A DNA stretch of 11,496 nt from NCBI RefSeq assembly GCF_029504745.1, contig NZ_JAQFIQ010000059.1, forward strand, positions 1 through 11,496. The letters are read 5' to 3'. Below the pieces are notes generated by a model that worked only from the letters and a program-made list of their open reading frames with translations, made no database searches and had not been told where the DNA came from. Shown here one piece after another: positions 1 to 6,107 of the stretch. The stretch's first letter is position 1, and each line of letters opens with the position of its first letter. A program made the position numbers and the translations under genes. This DNA comes from Breznakia sp. PF5-3. GTDB taxonomy: Bacteria > Bacillota_I > Bacilli_A > Erysipelotrichales > Erysipelotrichaceae.

Positions 1-93
1 CCGTTAAAATATACTGAACCGCCGTATACGGAACCGTACGTACGGTGGTGTGAGAGGTCGGTAACTGAATTAATCAGTTACCTCCTACTCGAT
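1..93 (+). mobile_element. 3' terminus of a group II intron (ribozyme domains V and VI), truncated at the left window edge; 3' boundary approximate
   Basis: 19-48 folds as domain V. The lower helix is CCGCCGTAT (19-27) / GTACGGTGG (40-48), with the two wobble pairs and the unpaired AC (38-39) typical of DV, and the CCGTAT...ACGTACGG core is the conserved DV sequence. The triad position reads CGC rather than AGC. The upper helix is short: ACG/CGT with a GAAC loop. 52-90 folds as domain VI, with a perfect 9-bp stem GGTAACTGA (60-68) / TCAGTTACC (74-82). The basal helix GAGAGG (52-57) / CCT-A-CTC (84-90) leaves A87 unpaired as a candidate branch point, so the 3' splice site is expected ~6-8 nt later. 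The segment is a GC-rich island in AT-rich DNA. Confidence 0.6.
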
Positions 94-217
94 TAAAAAG
101 TATTTAATTATTATACATATATATGATAAAATAGTTCTATATTATAATTAATAAATTATTGATTACAATAATTGAATAAATAAGCGATAAAAAGGAATTA
201 GAAAATGACAGATTCTG

Positions 218-244
218 TGAACCATTTTCTAGTTTCTTTGTCTT
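218..244 (+). promoter_or_regulatory. Candidate ECF-sigma-type promoter upstream of the fused sigma gene
   Basis: TGAAC (218-222), 17-nt spacer, GTCTT (240-244). This resembles the AAC -35 / (C)GT -10 pattern of ECF promoters and lies ~60 nt upstream of the ATG at 306. Motif match by eye only. Confidence 0.3.
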
Positions 245-305
245 TAAATTGAAGGGATTAATAACGATGAATGTTATTTTTATTTAGGTAAGGGCGGTAT
301 TAGAA

Positions 306-1601
306 ATGAAAATTGAAAAACAGTATATGATTTCGAAAGAGACAATCATAAAAGCAAGAAAGGGAGAAACAGAGGCATTTGCGACGATTTATAAGACATA
401 TTTTAAAAGGATTCATTTTATAGCAAATCAATTTGTTTTAAACGATGAATTGGCAAAAGATCTAGCACAAGATATTTTTGTAACAATCTATGAAAACATT
501 AAGGGTCTTAATGAGCCAAGTGCGTTTCATTCGTGGATTAAGAAGATTACATACAATAAATGTATCAACTATAATCGAGTTAAATTTAGAACAGTGACAT
601 TTGATGATGAGCAAGCAGTCGATAATATTGTTGATGAGAAACTAAAAGAACCAATCGATATTGTTGAGGGTGATCGCATAATGGGAGTAATAGAATCTTC
701 ATTGAATGAAATGAATGAGTCATTAAAATGTGTTGGTTTACTTCGTTATTTTGAAGGATATTCCATTCAAGAGATTGCTAGTACTTTAGAAATACCAAGA
801 GGTACAGTGAAATCAAGATTGTTTAGAATAAAGAGTCATTTAAAGAACAATTTAAAAGCTGCGGGGATTTCTCCTAAGTCTTTTGGATGTGCATTATTTT
901 TACCAAATTTGATTGCTCAAGGATATCAATGTTTGTATCTTCAAACTTCTGTTTCTGCTGGTGCAAAAATAGTTTTTGGTATAGGTGCTACAGGAGTATT
1001 TACTACCACAAAGGTAGCCACTACATTATTGGTAGCTACCGTTATTACCATATTGCCTGTTTTCTATCTTTCAAATCGCAATCAACCAGTATTTGCTGAA
1101 ATGAAACCAATTGAAGTAAATACATTGGAGAAAATTAAACCAACAGTTGATGAAGCGAAAATAGTTAATGTTTATTATGATGAGGCTTGGACAAGAGAAC
1201 CAGTTTTGATTAATGTTGAACTGACAAATCAAAATTATGATGAAATTTTAATAGATGATGAAAAAACGAATTATGTTTATGAAAACGGTAGACACACCAT
1301 AAAGATAATAAGAAATGGGAACATTATCGATCAAAAAGAGATTGATATTGCAAATATAGATATTGAAAGCCCATATGGAAGGAGTGAGCGTGAAGGAAAT
1401 AGTTTTAAAGTATATTTATCAGATGATACATCATATGTAAATCCCAATACCATTTCACTGTTGAGAAATGGTATAAAATCTAAGGAATTTGCATATGATC
1501 AAGATCGTAATATTTTATCAATTACAACTAAAAAGCATTATCAAGATGAATTATATATTAGTGATTATGCAGGGAATATATTTAAAATAGAATTTGAATA
1601 A
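306..1601 (+). CDS. ECF (sigma-70 family, group 4) sigma factor fused to a hydrophobic/transmembrane segment and a ~175-aa C-terminal (probably extracytoplasmic) domain
   Basis: 431-aa ORF. aa 1-183 carry sigma region 2 (DLAQDIFVTIYENIKGL...FHSWIKKITYNKCINYNR) and the region 4 helix-turn-helix (LRYFEGYSIQEIASTLEIPRGTVKSRLFRIKSHLKNNL). aa 195-236 are a G/A/S/T-rich semi-hydrophobic stretch. aa 237-255 (VATTLLVATVITILPVFYL) are a clear TM helix. aa 257-431 look like a beta-rich domain of unknown family. The SD is weak (AAGGG, 290-294). Confidence 0.85.
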   Translation: MKIEKQYMISKETIIKARKGETEAFATIYKTYFKRIHFIANQFVLNDELAKDLAQDIFVTIYENIKGLNEPSAFHSWIKKITYNKCINYNRVKFRTVTFDDEQAVDNIVDEKLKEPIDIVEGDRIMGVIESSLNEMNESLKCVGLLRYFEGYSIQEIASTLEIPRGTVKSRLFRIKSHLKNNLKAAGISPKSFGCALFLPNLIAQGYQCLYLQTSVSAGAKIVFGIGATGVFTTTKVATTLLVATVITILPVFYLSNRNQPVFAEMKPIEVNTLEKIKPTVDEAKIVNVYYDEAWTREPVLINVELTNQNYDEILIDDEKTNYVYENGRHTIKIIRNGNIIDQKEIDIANIDIESPYGRSEREGNSFKVYLSDDTSYVNPNTISLLRNGIKSKEFAYDQDRNILSITTKKHYQDELYISDYAGNIFKIEFE

Positions 1602-1605
1602 TTAA

Positions 1606-1667
1606 AAGTATAGATGCCATTGAATTATAAAAAGCAGTAAGTATATCTAAGTAGTTAAAAAGTATAG
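1606..1667 (+). repeat. Four direct copies of AAGTA(T)A(G) in the sigma-VWA intergenic region
   Basis: AAGTATAG at 1606-1613 and 1660-1667, AAGTATA at 1639-1645, AAGTAG at 1649-1654. The last three start 10-11 bp apart. The longer repeat TTAAAAGTATAG / TTAAAAAGTATAG occurs at 1602-1613 and 1655-1667. Confidence 0.4.
1620..1647 (+). promoter_or_regulatory. Weak candidate sigma-A-type promoter for the VWA gene
   Basis: TTGAAT (1620-1625), 16-nt spacer, TATATC (1642-1647). No terminator is visible between 1601 and 1695, so read-through from the sigma gene is equally possible. Confidence 0.25.
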
Positions 1668-1694
1668 TTAAGAAAGTCAAGGAGGGCAAAAATA

Positions 1695-3770
1695 ATGACT
1701 TATATACGAAGGAAAGGATTTAGAATTACAGTTGTTTTAATAGTTTTAGGAATATTTGTATCAATCATGTCAGATTATTTAATAGCAGATACAAAAAAAC
1801 CTATAAGAGATAAGAATACGAATTCGGCATACATAGTAGAAAAATCAGCAAGGTGGACAAATTCAGAAAAATATCTAGCTGAGTTAAACTTGAAAATAAA
1901 CGGAACAGAAAGAATAAATTCTTTAGATGTTGCGATTGTATTAGACCGTTCTGGTAGTATGGATATGAATTTTATCCAAGAAATTCCAGATGGTAATGGT
2001 GGTAATAAAGGAACCCATAATGCATCATCACCATGTTTAAATCAAGATCATTTTTATTTGAAAGAAACAACCGATGTACCTCAAGTTATTCCAAATACAT
2101 TGGATGAAATGTATTATGATGAAACAAATCAAAGGTTGACAGTATACAATGGAGAAAAAAAGCAGTGGGTGGTACTTGATACTTCAAATCGAATCCATTT
2201 ATATTTCCAATTTGGAAATATGGTTGGTGATGAAAATTCACTTGCTTTAGCTGCATATCATTTCAAACATGATGGAACTAATTTTGTTCGTATTAGTAAG
2301 TGGGATGAGAGTGATGTTCGTAAAGGAACGGCTGAGGGTATTTGGGATCATGGAGATGAAGCACAAGGTTGTTATGATCGCTGGATAGAAGCAAAAAAAG
2401 CAGTGGAAGCTTTTTCACAAAAATTAGCGCAAATAAATCAAGAAGAAGGCTTAATTGGAGATGAAGCTAATAATGTTGCATTGGTACCATTTTCGATTCG
2501 TGATGAAACGTTATTACATCGATTAAATAAAGGGACACCGTGGTATCGTAAATGGTTGATTCAAAATAATTATTTTGCAGGTACGACTGTAAATGTTGGT
2601 ACTGACGAAACCCTTAGTGGTGAATATAATGCCAAAGTAGGTTGGACAGATAATCCTACTGTGATTAGCTCAGCATTAAGTAAATTGTTTACTACTCATA
2701 CTACAGATTATATTTATGGTTTAGGTGAAGCATATAATTTGCTTGATGCAAGAAGTGAATCAGCTAAAAAGAATAAAAAAGCGGTTGTTTTATTGCTTTC
2801 AGATGGAACACCAGATCCAGCATCAGGAACTTTTAGTAATGCAGGGAATATTTATGCTTTTTGGAATAATGATAATCATATCTATGGAATCGCAAATGCT
2901 TTGAAAAATGCAGAAGACCAGATTGATAGTAGTGCTTTTTGGAAAGATATAAGTGGTCCATATCAACGTCATAGTGTAAAGCCTGATATTCTTGCCCGCA
3001 ATGATGCAAAGGGAATAAGTGGTGCTTATGGAGAAGAATCTGATATTATCAGTGTTGGATATATGCTTGATGCACAAGCTAGTAAAGATCGCTTAGCTAC
3101 GATTGCTTCAACACAAAGTGATTATATAGATATCTCAGCAGATGCAACAGGGTCAACAGAAAATTATTTGACCGAGAAGCTATTGCGAAGCATTGTAAGA
3201 CCAGGAGGTCGTAATGCGGTTTTGCGAGATGAGGTAAGTAAGTATTATTATGTTCCTGAAGATAGTGTGTTACCTCAAGGCGTAACAATTGATGGAACGA
3301 TAGAGAGTGGACAAACAATCGTTTGGACCATCGGTAATGTATATGAATACCCGAAAGGACAAGAACCAAGTATAAGTATTCCACTTGTGTTAAAAGAAGA
3401 GTATCGTAGTGTTAAATCAACGACATATTATCCAACGAATAAAGATAATCCAGAACCAGATTTAACAACACCAGATCCAGGAAAAGATGGTGAAGATACA
3501 GGTGCGAAATTATATTATACAGACTTTGATGGAAATGATCGTTATGACACGATAGGAACACCAAAGCTTCCTGTTTATCCAAAAAAAGAAGAAAAACCTT
3601 CTTTTACACCAAAACCATCAAAAGCTCCAGAAGATTTGGTAAACATCATCATGTTGCCAAGCAAAAGTCCAATGCTTGGAGATGAAACAAATGTTCCTTT
3701 CTACTTGATGCTATTGATGATAAGTTTAGTGGGTCTCACATATAATATAAGGATAAAAAATAAAAGGTGA
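1695..3770 (+). CDS. Secreted VWA-domain surface protein (adhesin/pilin-tip-like) with a C-terminal sorting-signal-like anchor
   Basis: 691-aa ORF with a strong SD (AAGGAGGG, 1679-1686). The N-terminal signal peptide has an RRKGFR n-region and an ITVVLIVLGIFVSIM h-region. MIDAS motifs are present: DVAIVLDRSGSM (DxSxS at aa 84-88), TTDYIYGL, VVLLLSDGTPD. aa ~505-612 resemble the beta-sandwich stalk domain of Gram-positive adhesins (TIVWTIGNV...SIPLVLKEEY...YPTNKD...AKLYYTD). A Pro/Lys-rich linker (PKLPVYPKKEEKPSFTPKPSKAP) follows. The C-terminus has SPMLGDETN, a hydrophobic helix and an RIKNKR tail. Confidence 0.9.
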   Translation: MTYIRRKGFRITVVLIVLGIFVSIMSDYLIADTKKPIRDKNTNSAYIVEKSARWTNSEKYLAELNLKINGTERINSLDVAIVLDRSGSMDMNFIQEIPDGNGGNKGTHNASSPCLNQDHFYLKETTDVPQVIPNTLDEMYYDETNQRLTVYNGEKKQWVVLDTSNRIHLYFQFGNMVGDENSLALAAYHFKHDGTNFVRISKWDESDVRKGTAEGIWDHGDEAQGCYDRWIEAKKAVEAFSQKLAQINQEEGLIGDEANNVALVPFSIRDETLLHRLNKGTPWYRKWLIQNNYFAGTTVNVGTDETLSGEYNAKVGWTDNPTVISSALSKLFTTHTTDYIYGLGEAYNLLDARSESAKKNKKAVVLLLSDGTPDPASGTFSNAGNIYAFWNNDNHIYGIANALKNAEDQIDSSAFWKDISGPYQRHSVKPDILARNDAKGISGAYGEESDIISVGYMLDAQASKDRLATIASTQSDYIDISADATGSTENYLTEKLLRSIVRPGGRNAVLRDEVSKYYYVPEDSVLPQGVTIDGTIESGQTIVWTIGNVYEYPKGQEPSISIPLVLKEEYRSVKSTTYYPTNKDNPEPDLTTPDPGKDGEDTGAKLYYTDFDGNDRYDTIGTPKLPVYPKKEEKPSFTPKPSKAPEDLVNIIMLPSKSPMLGDETNVPFYLMLLMISLVGLTYNIRIKNKR

Positions 3771-3787
3771 TAACACCTTTTATTTTT
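3762..3787. terminator. Short bidirectional intrinsic terminator shared by the convergent VWA gene and the anti-sigma gene
   Basis: Stem AAAAGGTG (3762-3769) / CACCTTTT (3774-3781), loop ATAA, with T-runs following on both strands. It overlaps the TGA of the VWA gene and lies 5 nt past the anti-sigma stop. The stem is weak (only 4 G:C pairs). Confidence 0.5.
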
Positions 3788-4589
3788 AGTAATACATTGT
3801 TTCAATAATTTGTTTTAATTCATTACTGTCCACATAACCTGATAATGAATAGATTAAATTGTCTTTCGTGAAATTAGCGTAAGTTACATATGTACCATCC
3901 ATTTGTTTTAGTTTGTAAATAATAATCTTTGTATTTAAAGTACTACTAGTATATTCTTCAATTCGTATTGCATCCCCCATTGCATTTATATTTTCACCTG
4001 AAACATTGGAAGCATTTGAATATCCAGTAATGTGGAAGTTTATATTTGAAGTTGTTTCAGGATGATCAGGGCTTTGAATTAACTTGATTTGTTCAGCAGT
4101 CAATTCATTTTCAAACATTTTTACCAAATCAATTTTATGACCATTTGTAGAAGTGAAAGTAAGTGAATAACTAAGAATTATATTATTTTCAACAAATGGC
4201 TTATATAAAATAGATGATAGTGGTAACTTAGGTTTAAGATAGGATTGGTGTAAAGCTGTCTCAAGTTTTTCCATTGTTGCGTATTCATTAAATTCTTTTG
4301 GGAAATCATCAGATATATCAGTATAAGATGCTCTATCACTATTTAATATTTCCCCATTTTGATCTGTTGGTCCAAAAAAGAATTGTTTGACGGCTTCTTT
4401 GGCCTCTGCTAAGATGTTGGGGTTAAGTATACTTACCATACAGCCAATTATAAGTAGAGTGAAGGCGACTCTTTTTACTACTTTGAAACTATTTTTTTTC
4501 TGTTTGTGATTTACAATTTGATCAAATAGTATATATTTGTCGTTATCAGATAATTTGATTTTAAGCATTGCTTCTTTATACTCGTTCAT
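3786..4589 (-). CDS. Single-pass membrane anti-sigma factor (non-zinc type) with a ~190-aa extracytoplasmic domain
   Basis: The gene lies immediately downstream of an ECF sigma gene and overlaps it by 14 nt. A ~40-aa cytoplasmic N-terminus is followed by the TM helix VAFTLLIIGCMVSIL and an ectodomain. There is no HxxxCxxC motif. I chose the ATG at 4589 (MNEYKEAM...) because GAAGGAGG sits 6 nt upstream. The track start at 4607 is a TTG with no SD. The functional call is from context and topology, not from a recognised domain. Confidence 0.65.
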   Translation of the reverse strand: MNEYKEAMLKIKLSDNDKYILFDQIVNHKQKKNSFKVVKRVAFTLLIIGCMVSILNPNILAEAKEAVKQFFFGPTDQNGEILNSDRASYTDISDDFPKEFNEYATMEKLETALHQSYLKPKLPLSSILYKPFVENNIILSYSLTFTSTNGHKIDLVKMFENELTAEQIKLIQSPDHPETTSNINFHITGYSNASNVSGENINAMGDAIRIEEYTSSTLNTKIIIYKLKQMDGTYVTYANFTKDNLIYSLSGYVDSNELKQIIETMYY

Positions 4590-5070
4590 ATGATTCCTCC
4601 TTCTCAAATCGTTCTTTCAAAATATATTTTGCTTTACTAAGTCTTGATCGTAAAGTTGATGAACTTATATTTTGAATTTTAGAAATTTCTTCTATTGTGT
4701 AACCTTCATAATAATGAAGATAAATGATATCTTTATATTTAGTAGGAAGTTGTAATATACATGATAGTAAATATTGATCATGATGATTATTGATTCCAAA
4801 GAATTCTTCTAAATTAGGAATGTCACTTTTACGTTTGTTCCATACTTTTCTCAATTGATCTTTACAGTAGTTGATGGATACACGGATAATCCATGCTTTT
4901 TCATGTTCATCAGAAGTGAATTCTATATCTTTTTCTATTAGTTTAACAAAAATATCTTGTACACCATCTTTGGCATCAGCCTCATTTTTTAAAAAAAGAA
5001 AACAGATTCGAAAAACCATATCAACATGTTGTAAATATAATCTTTTTATTTGCTCATTACGGTTACTCAT
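4576..5070 (-). CDS. ECF (group 4) RNA polymerase sigma factor
   Basis: Region 2 is DGVQDIFVKLIEK...EKAWIIRVSINYCKDQLRK. Region 4 is LHYYEGYTIEEISKIQNISSSTLRSRLSKAKYILKE. I chose the ATG at 5070 (MSNRNEQ...) because AAAGGAG sits 6 nt upstream. The track start at 5085 is a GTG with no SD. Confidence 0.9.
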   Translation of the reverse strand: MSNRNEQIKRLYLQHVDMVFRICFLFLKNEADAKDGVQDIFVKLIEKDIEFTSDEHEKAWIIRVSINYCKDQLRKVWNKRKSDIPNLEEFFGINNHHDQYLLSCILQLPTKYKDIIYLHYYEGYTIEEISKIQNISSSTLRSRLSKAKYILKERFEKEESYERV

Positions 5071-5090
5071 ATTAACTCCTTTCACTTATC

Positions 5091-5117
5091 ATACGATTGA
5101 ACAAGGGGATTTGTCCA
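5091..5117 (-). promoter_or_regulatory. Candidate ECF-sigma-type (autoregulatory) promoter for the sigma/anti-sigma operon
   Basis: On the minus strand: TGGAC (5117-5113), 17-nt spacer, CGTAT (5095-5091). The architecture and spacing match the candidate at 218-244. The -10 element is only ~20 nt from the ATG, so the leader would be very short. Confidence 0.3.
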
Positions 5118-5164
5118 TTTCTTATTAAGTATTTTTCACAGGTGTATAAATACTGGTCAAAGAC

Positions 5165-5193
5165 TTTCTTTGAAAATATAAATACGCTATAAT
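5165..5193 (+). promoter_or_regulatory. Candidate sigma-A promoter of the U32-U32-proS operon
   Basis: A perfect TATAAT lies at 5188-5193, 20 nt upstream of the ATG, with a poor -35 (TTTCTT, 5165-5170, 17-nt spacer). An alternative is TGGTCA (5154-5159), 17 nt, TATAAA (5177-5182). Confidence 0.35.
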
Positions 5194-5213
5194 ATATGAG
5201 TTAAGGAGTTTGT

Positions 5214-6107
5214 ATGGTTAATATAATTGCTTCTCCATATAGAATGGATGATATTATAAATTTAAAACAAGCAGGAGCTACAACAATTGTTGCAGGAACT
5301 GATTTTTTTAGTGTTCGTAGTGTTTCGCATTTTAAGCAAGAAGAGTTAAAAGAAATGAAAAAGATTTGTGAAGTACAACATTTAAATTTATATGTATTAG
5401 TAAATCGGTTTTTTGTGGAAAATGAGTTGGAAGCATTACGTGAATACTTGAAGTATTTGAAAGCTATTGATGTAGATGGTATTTACTTTACGGATATAGG
5501 GGTATTGTATGAGGCGAAGCAATTAGGGATAGAGAATAAACTAATATATAATCCAGAGACAATGCTTACAAATTCGCTGGATATTCAAGAATATTTAGAT
5601 TTAGGAATAAAAATGGCGACTATTTCCAAGGAAATAACTTTGGAAAATATGTTGGAAATAAGCAAAAAAGTTCGTGGTGAATTAGAAGTAATCATTCATG
5701 GAAGATTAAATATGATGCATTCTAAAAGAATGTTGCTTACAAATTATATGAAATTTTTAAAGAAAGATATAAACTTACATAATGATTTTTCATTATATTT
5801 GATGGAAGAGAAGCGAGATGAACATCTTCCTATAGTAGAAGATGACGAAGGAACGCATATTTATACAGGGTTTACACTTGCATCATTTGAAGAAGTTCAT
5901 GATTTTATTGAAGCAGGTATTTTAAACTTGCGTATTGAATCGATGTTTTTATCAATAGATGATGTATGTCAGATTATTAAAGATTATCGTTATGTGATAG
6001 AACATCCCCGTGAGGGTAGGAAAATATACAAAGAGTATGAGGAAAAATATGTAACGCAAAATATAACAAAAGGTTTTATGTATAAGAAGACAGGAGTGAC
6101 AAAATGA
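5214..6107 (+). CDS. Peptidase U32 family protein, small paralog (B. subtilis YrrN-like; family linked to tRNA 5-hydroxyuridine formation)
   Basis: 297 aa, SD AAGGAG (5203-5208). It has U32 TIM-barrel-like features (DVDGIYFTDIG, EVIIHGRLNMM) and forms an ATGA stop/start overlap with the larger U32 gene, as in the yrrN-yrrO arrangement. It has only two Cys and lacks the four-Cys motif of its partner. Confidence 0.8.
   Translation: MVNIIASPYRMDDIINLKQAGATTIVAGTDFFSVRSVSHFKQEELKEMKKICEVQHLNLYVLVNRFFVENELEALREYLKYLKAIDVDGIYFTDIGVLYEAKQLGIENKLIYNPETMLTNSLDIQEYLDLGIKMATISKEITLENMLEISKKVRGELEVIIHGRLNMMHSKRMLLTNYMKFLKKDINLHNDFSLYLMEEKRDEHLPIVEDDEGTHIYTGFTLASFEEVHDFIEAGILNLRIESMFLSIDDVCQIIKDYRYVIEHPREGRKIYKEYEEKYVTQNITKGFMYKKTGVTK

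Noticed and set aside
205-252. 15-codon upstream ORF (MTDSVNHFLVSLSLN) with a weak AAAGGAA SD ahead of the sigma-fusion gene
   Set aside because: It overlaps the candidate ECF promoter, so both cannot easily be functional. It is very short, has no attenuator-like hairpin downstream, and nothing indicates it is translated. It is kept only as a note.
887-1099. 70-aa ORF in an alternative + frame inside the sigma-fusion gene
   Set aside because: It lies entirely within the hydrophobic-segment codons of a much longer ORF with recognisable domains. It has no SD, and its Cys/Phe/Ser-rich composition is typical of an off-frame read of AT-rich coding DNA.
306-1601. The possibility that the sigma fusion is simply a sigma gene and an anti-sigma gene merged by a sequencing or assembly frameshift
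   Set aside because: This is not fully excluded. However, the reading frame is continuous with uniform coding character. There is also no internal SD-plus-start pair where a separate anti-sigma gene would begin, unlike the clear GAAGGAGG-ATG junction of the genuine pair at 4576-4600. I therefore report the fusion as real with a caveat.
93-1667. TTAAAAAGTAT occurs both just after the intron end (93-103) and in the sigma-VWA intergenic region (1655-1665)
   Set aside because: An 11-nt A/T-rich match in AT-rich intergenic DNA is within chance expectation. There is no flanking similarity to suggest a repeat element or intron target site.
2823-3384. Two antisense ORFs (84 and 95 aa) opposite the VWA gene
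   Set aside because: They are shadow ORFs within a well-supported CDS, with low-complexity Ile/Leu/Phe-rich translations and no SD or promoter signals.
4871-5128. 85-aa + strand ORF opposite the ECF sigma gene
   Set aside because: It is antisense to a CDS with clear sigma-70 region 2/4 motifs and has no ribosome-binding site.
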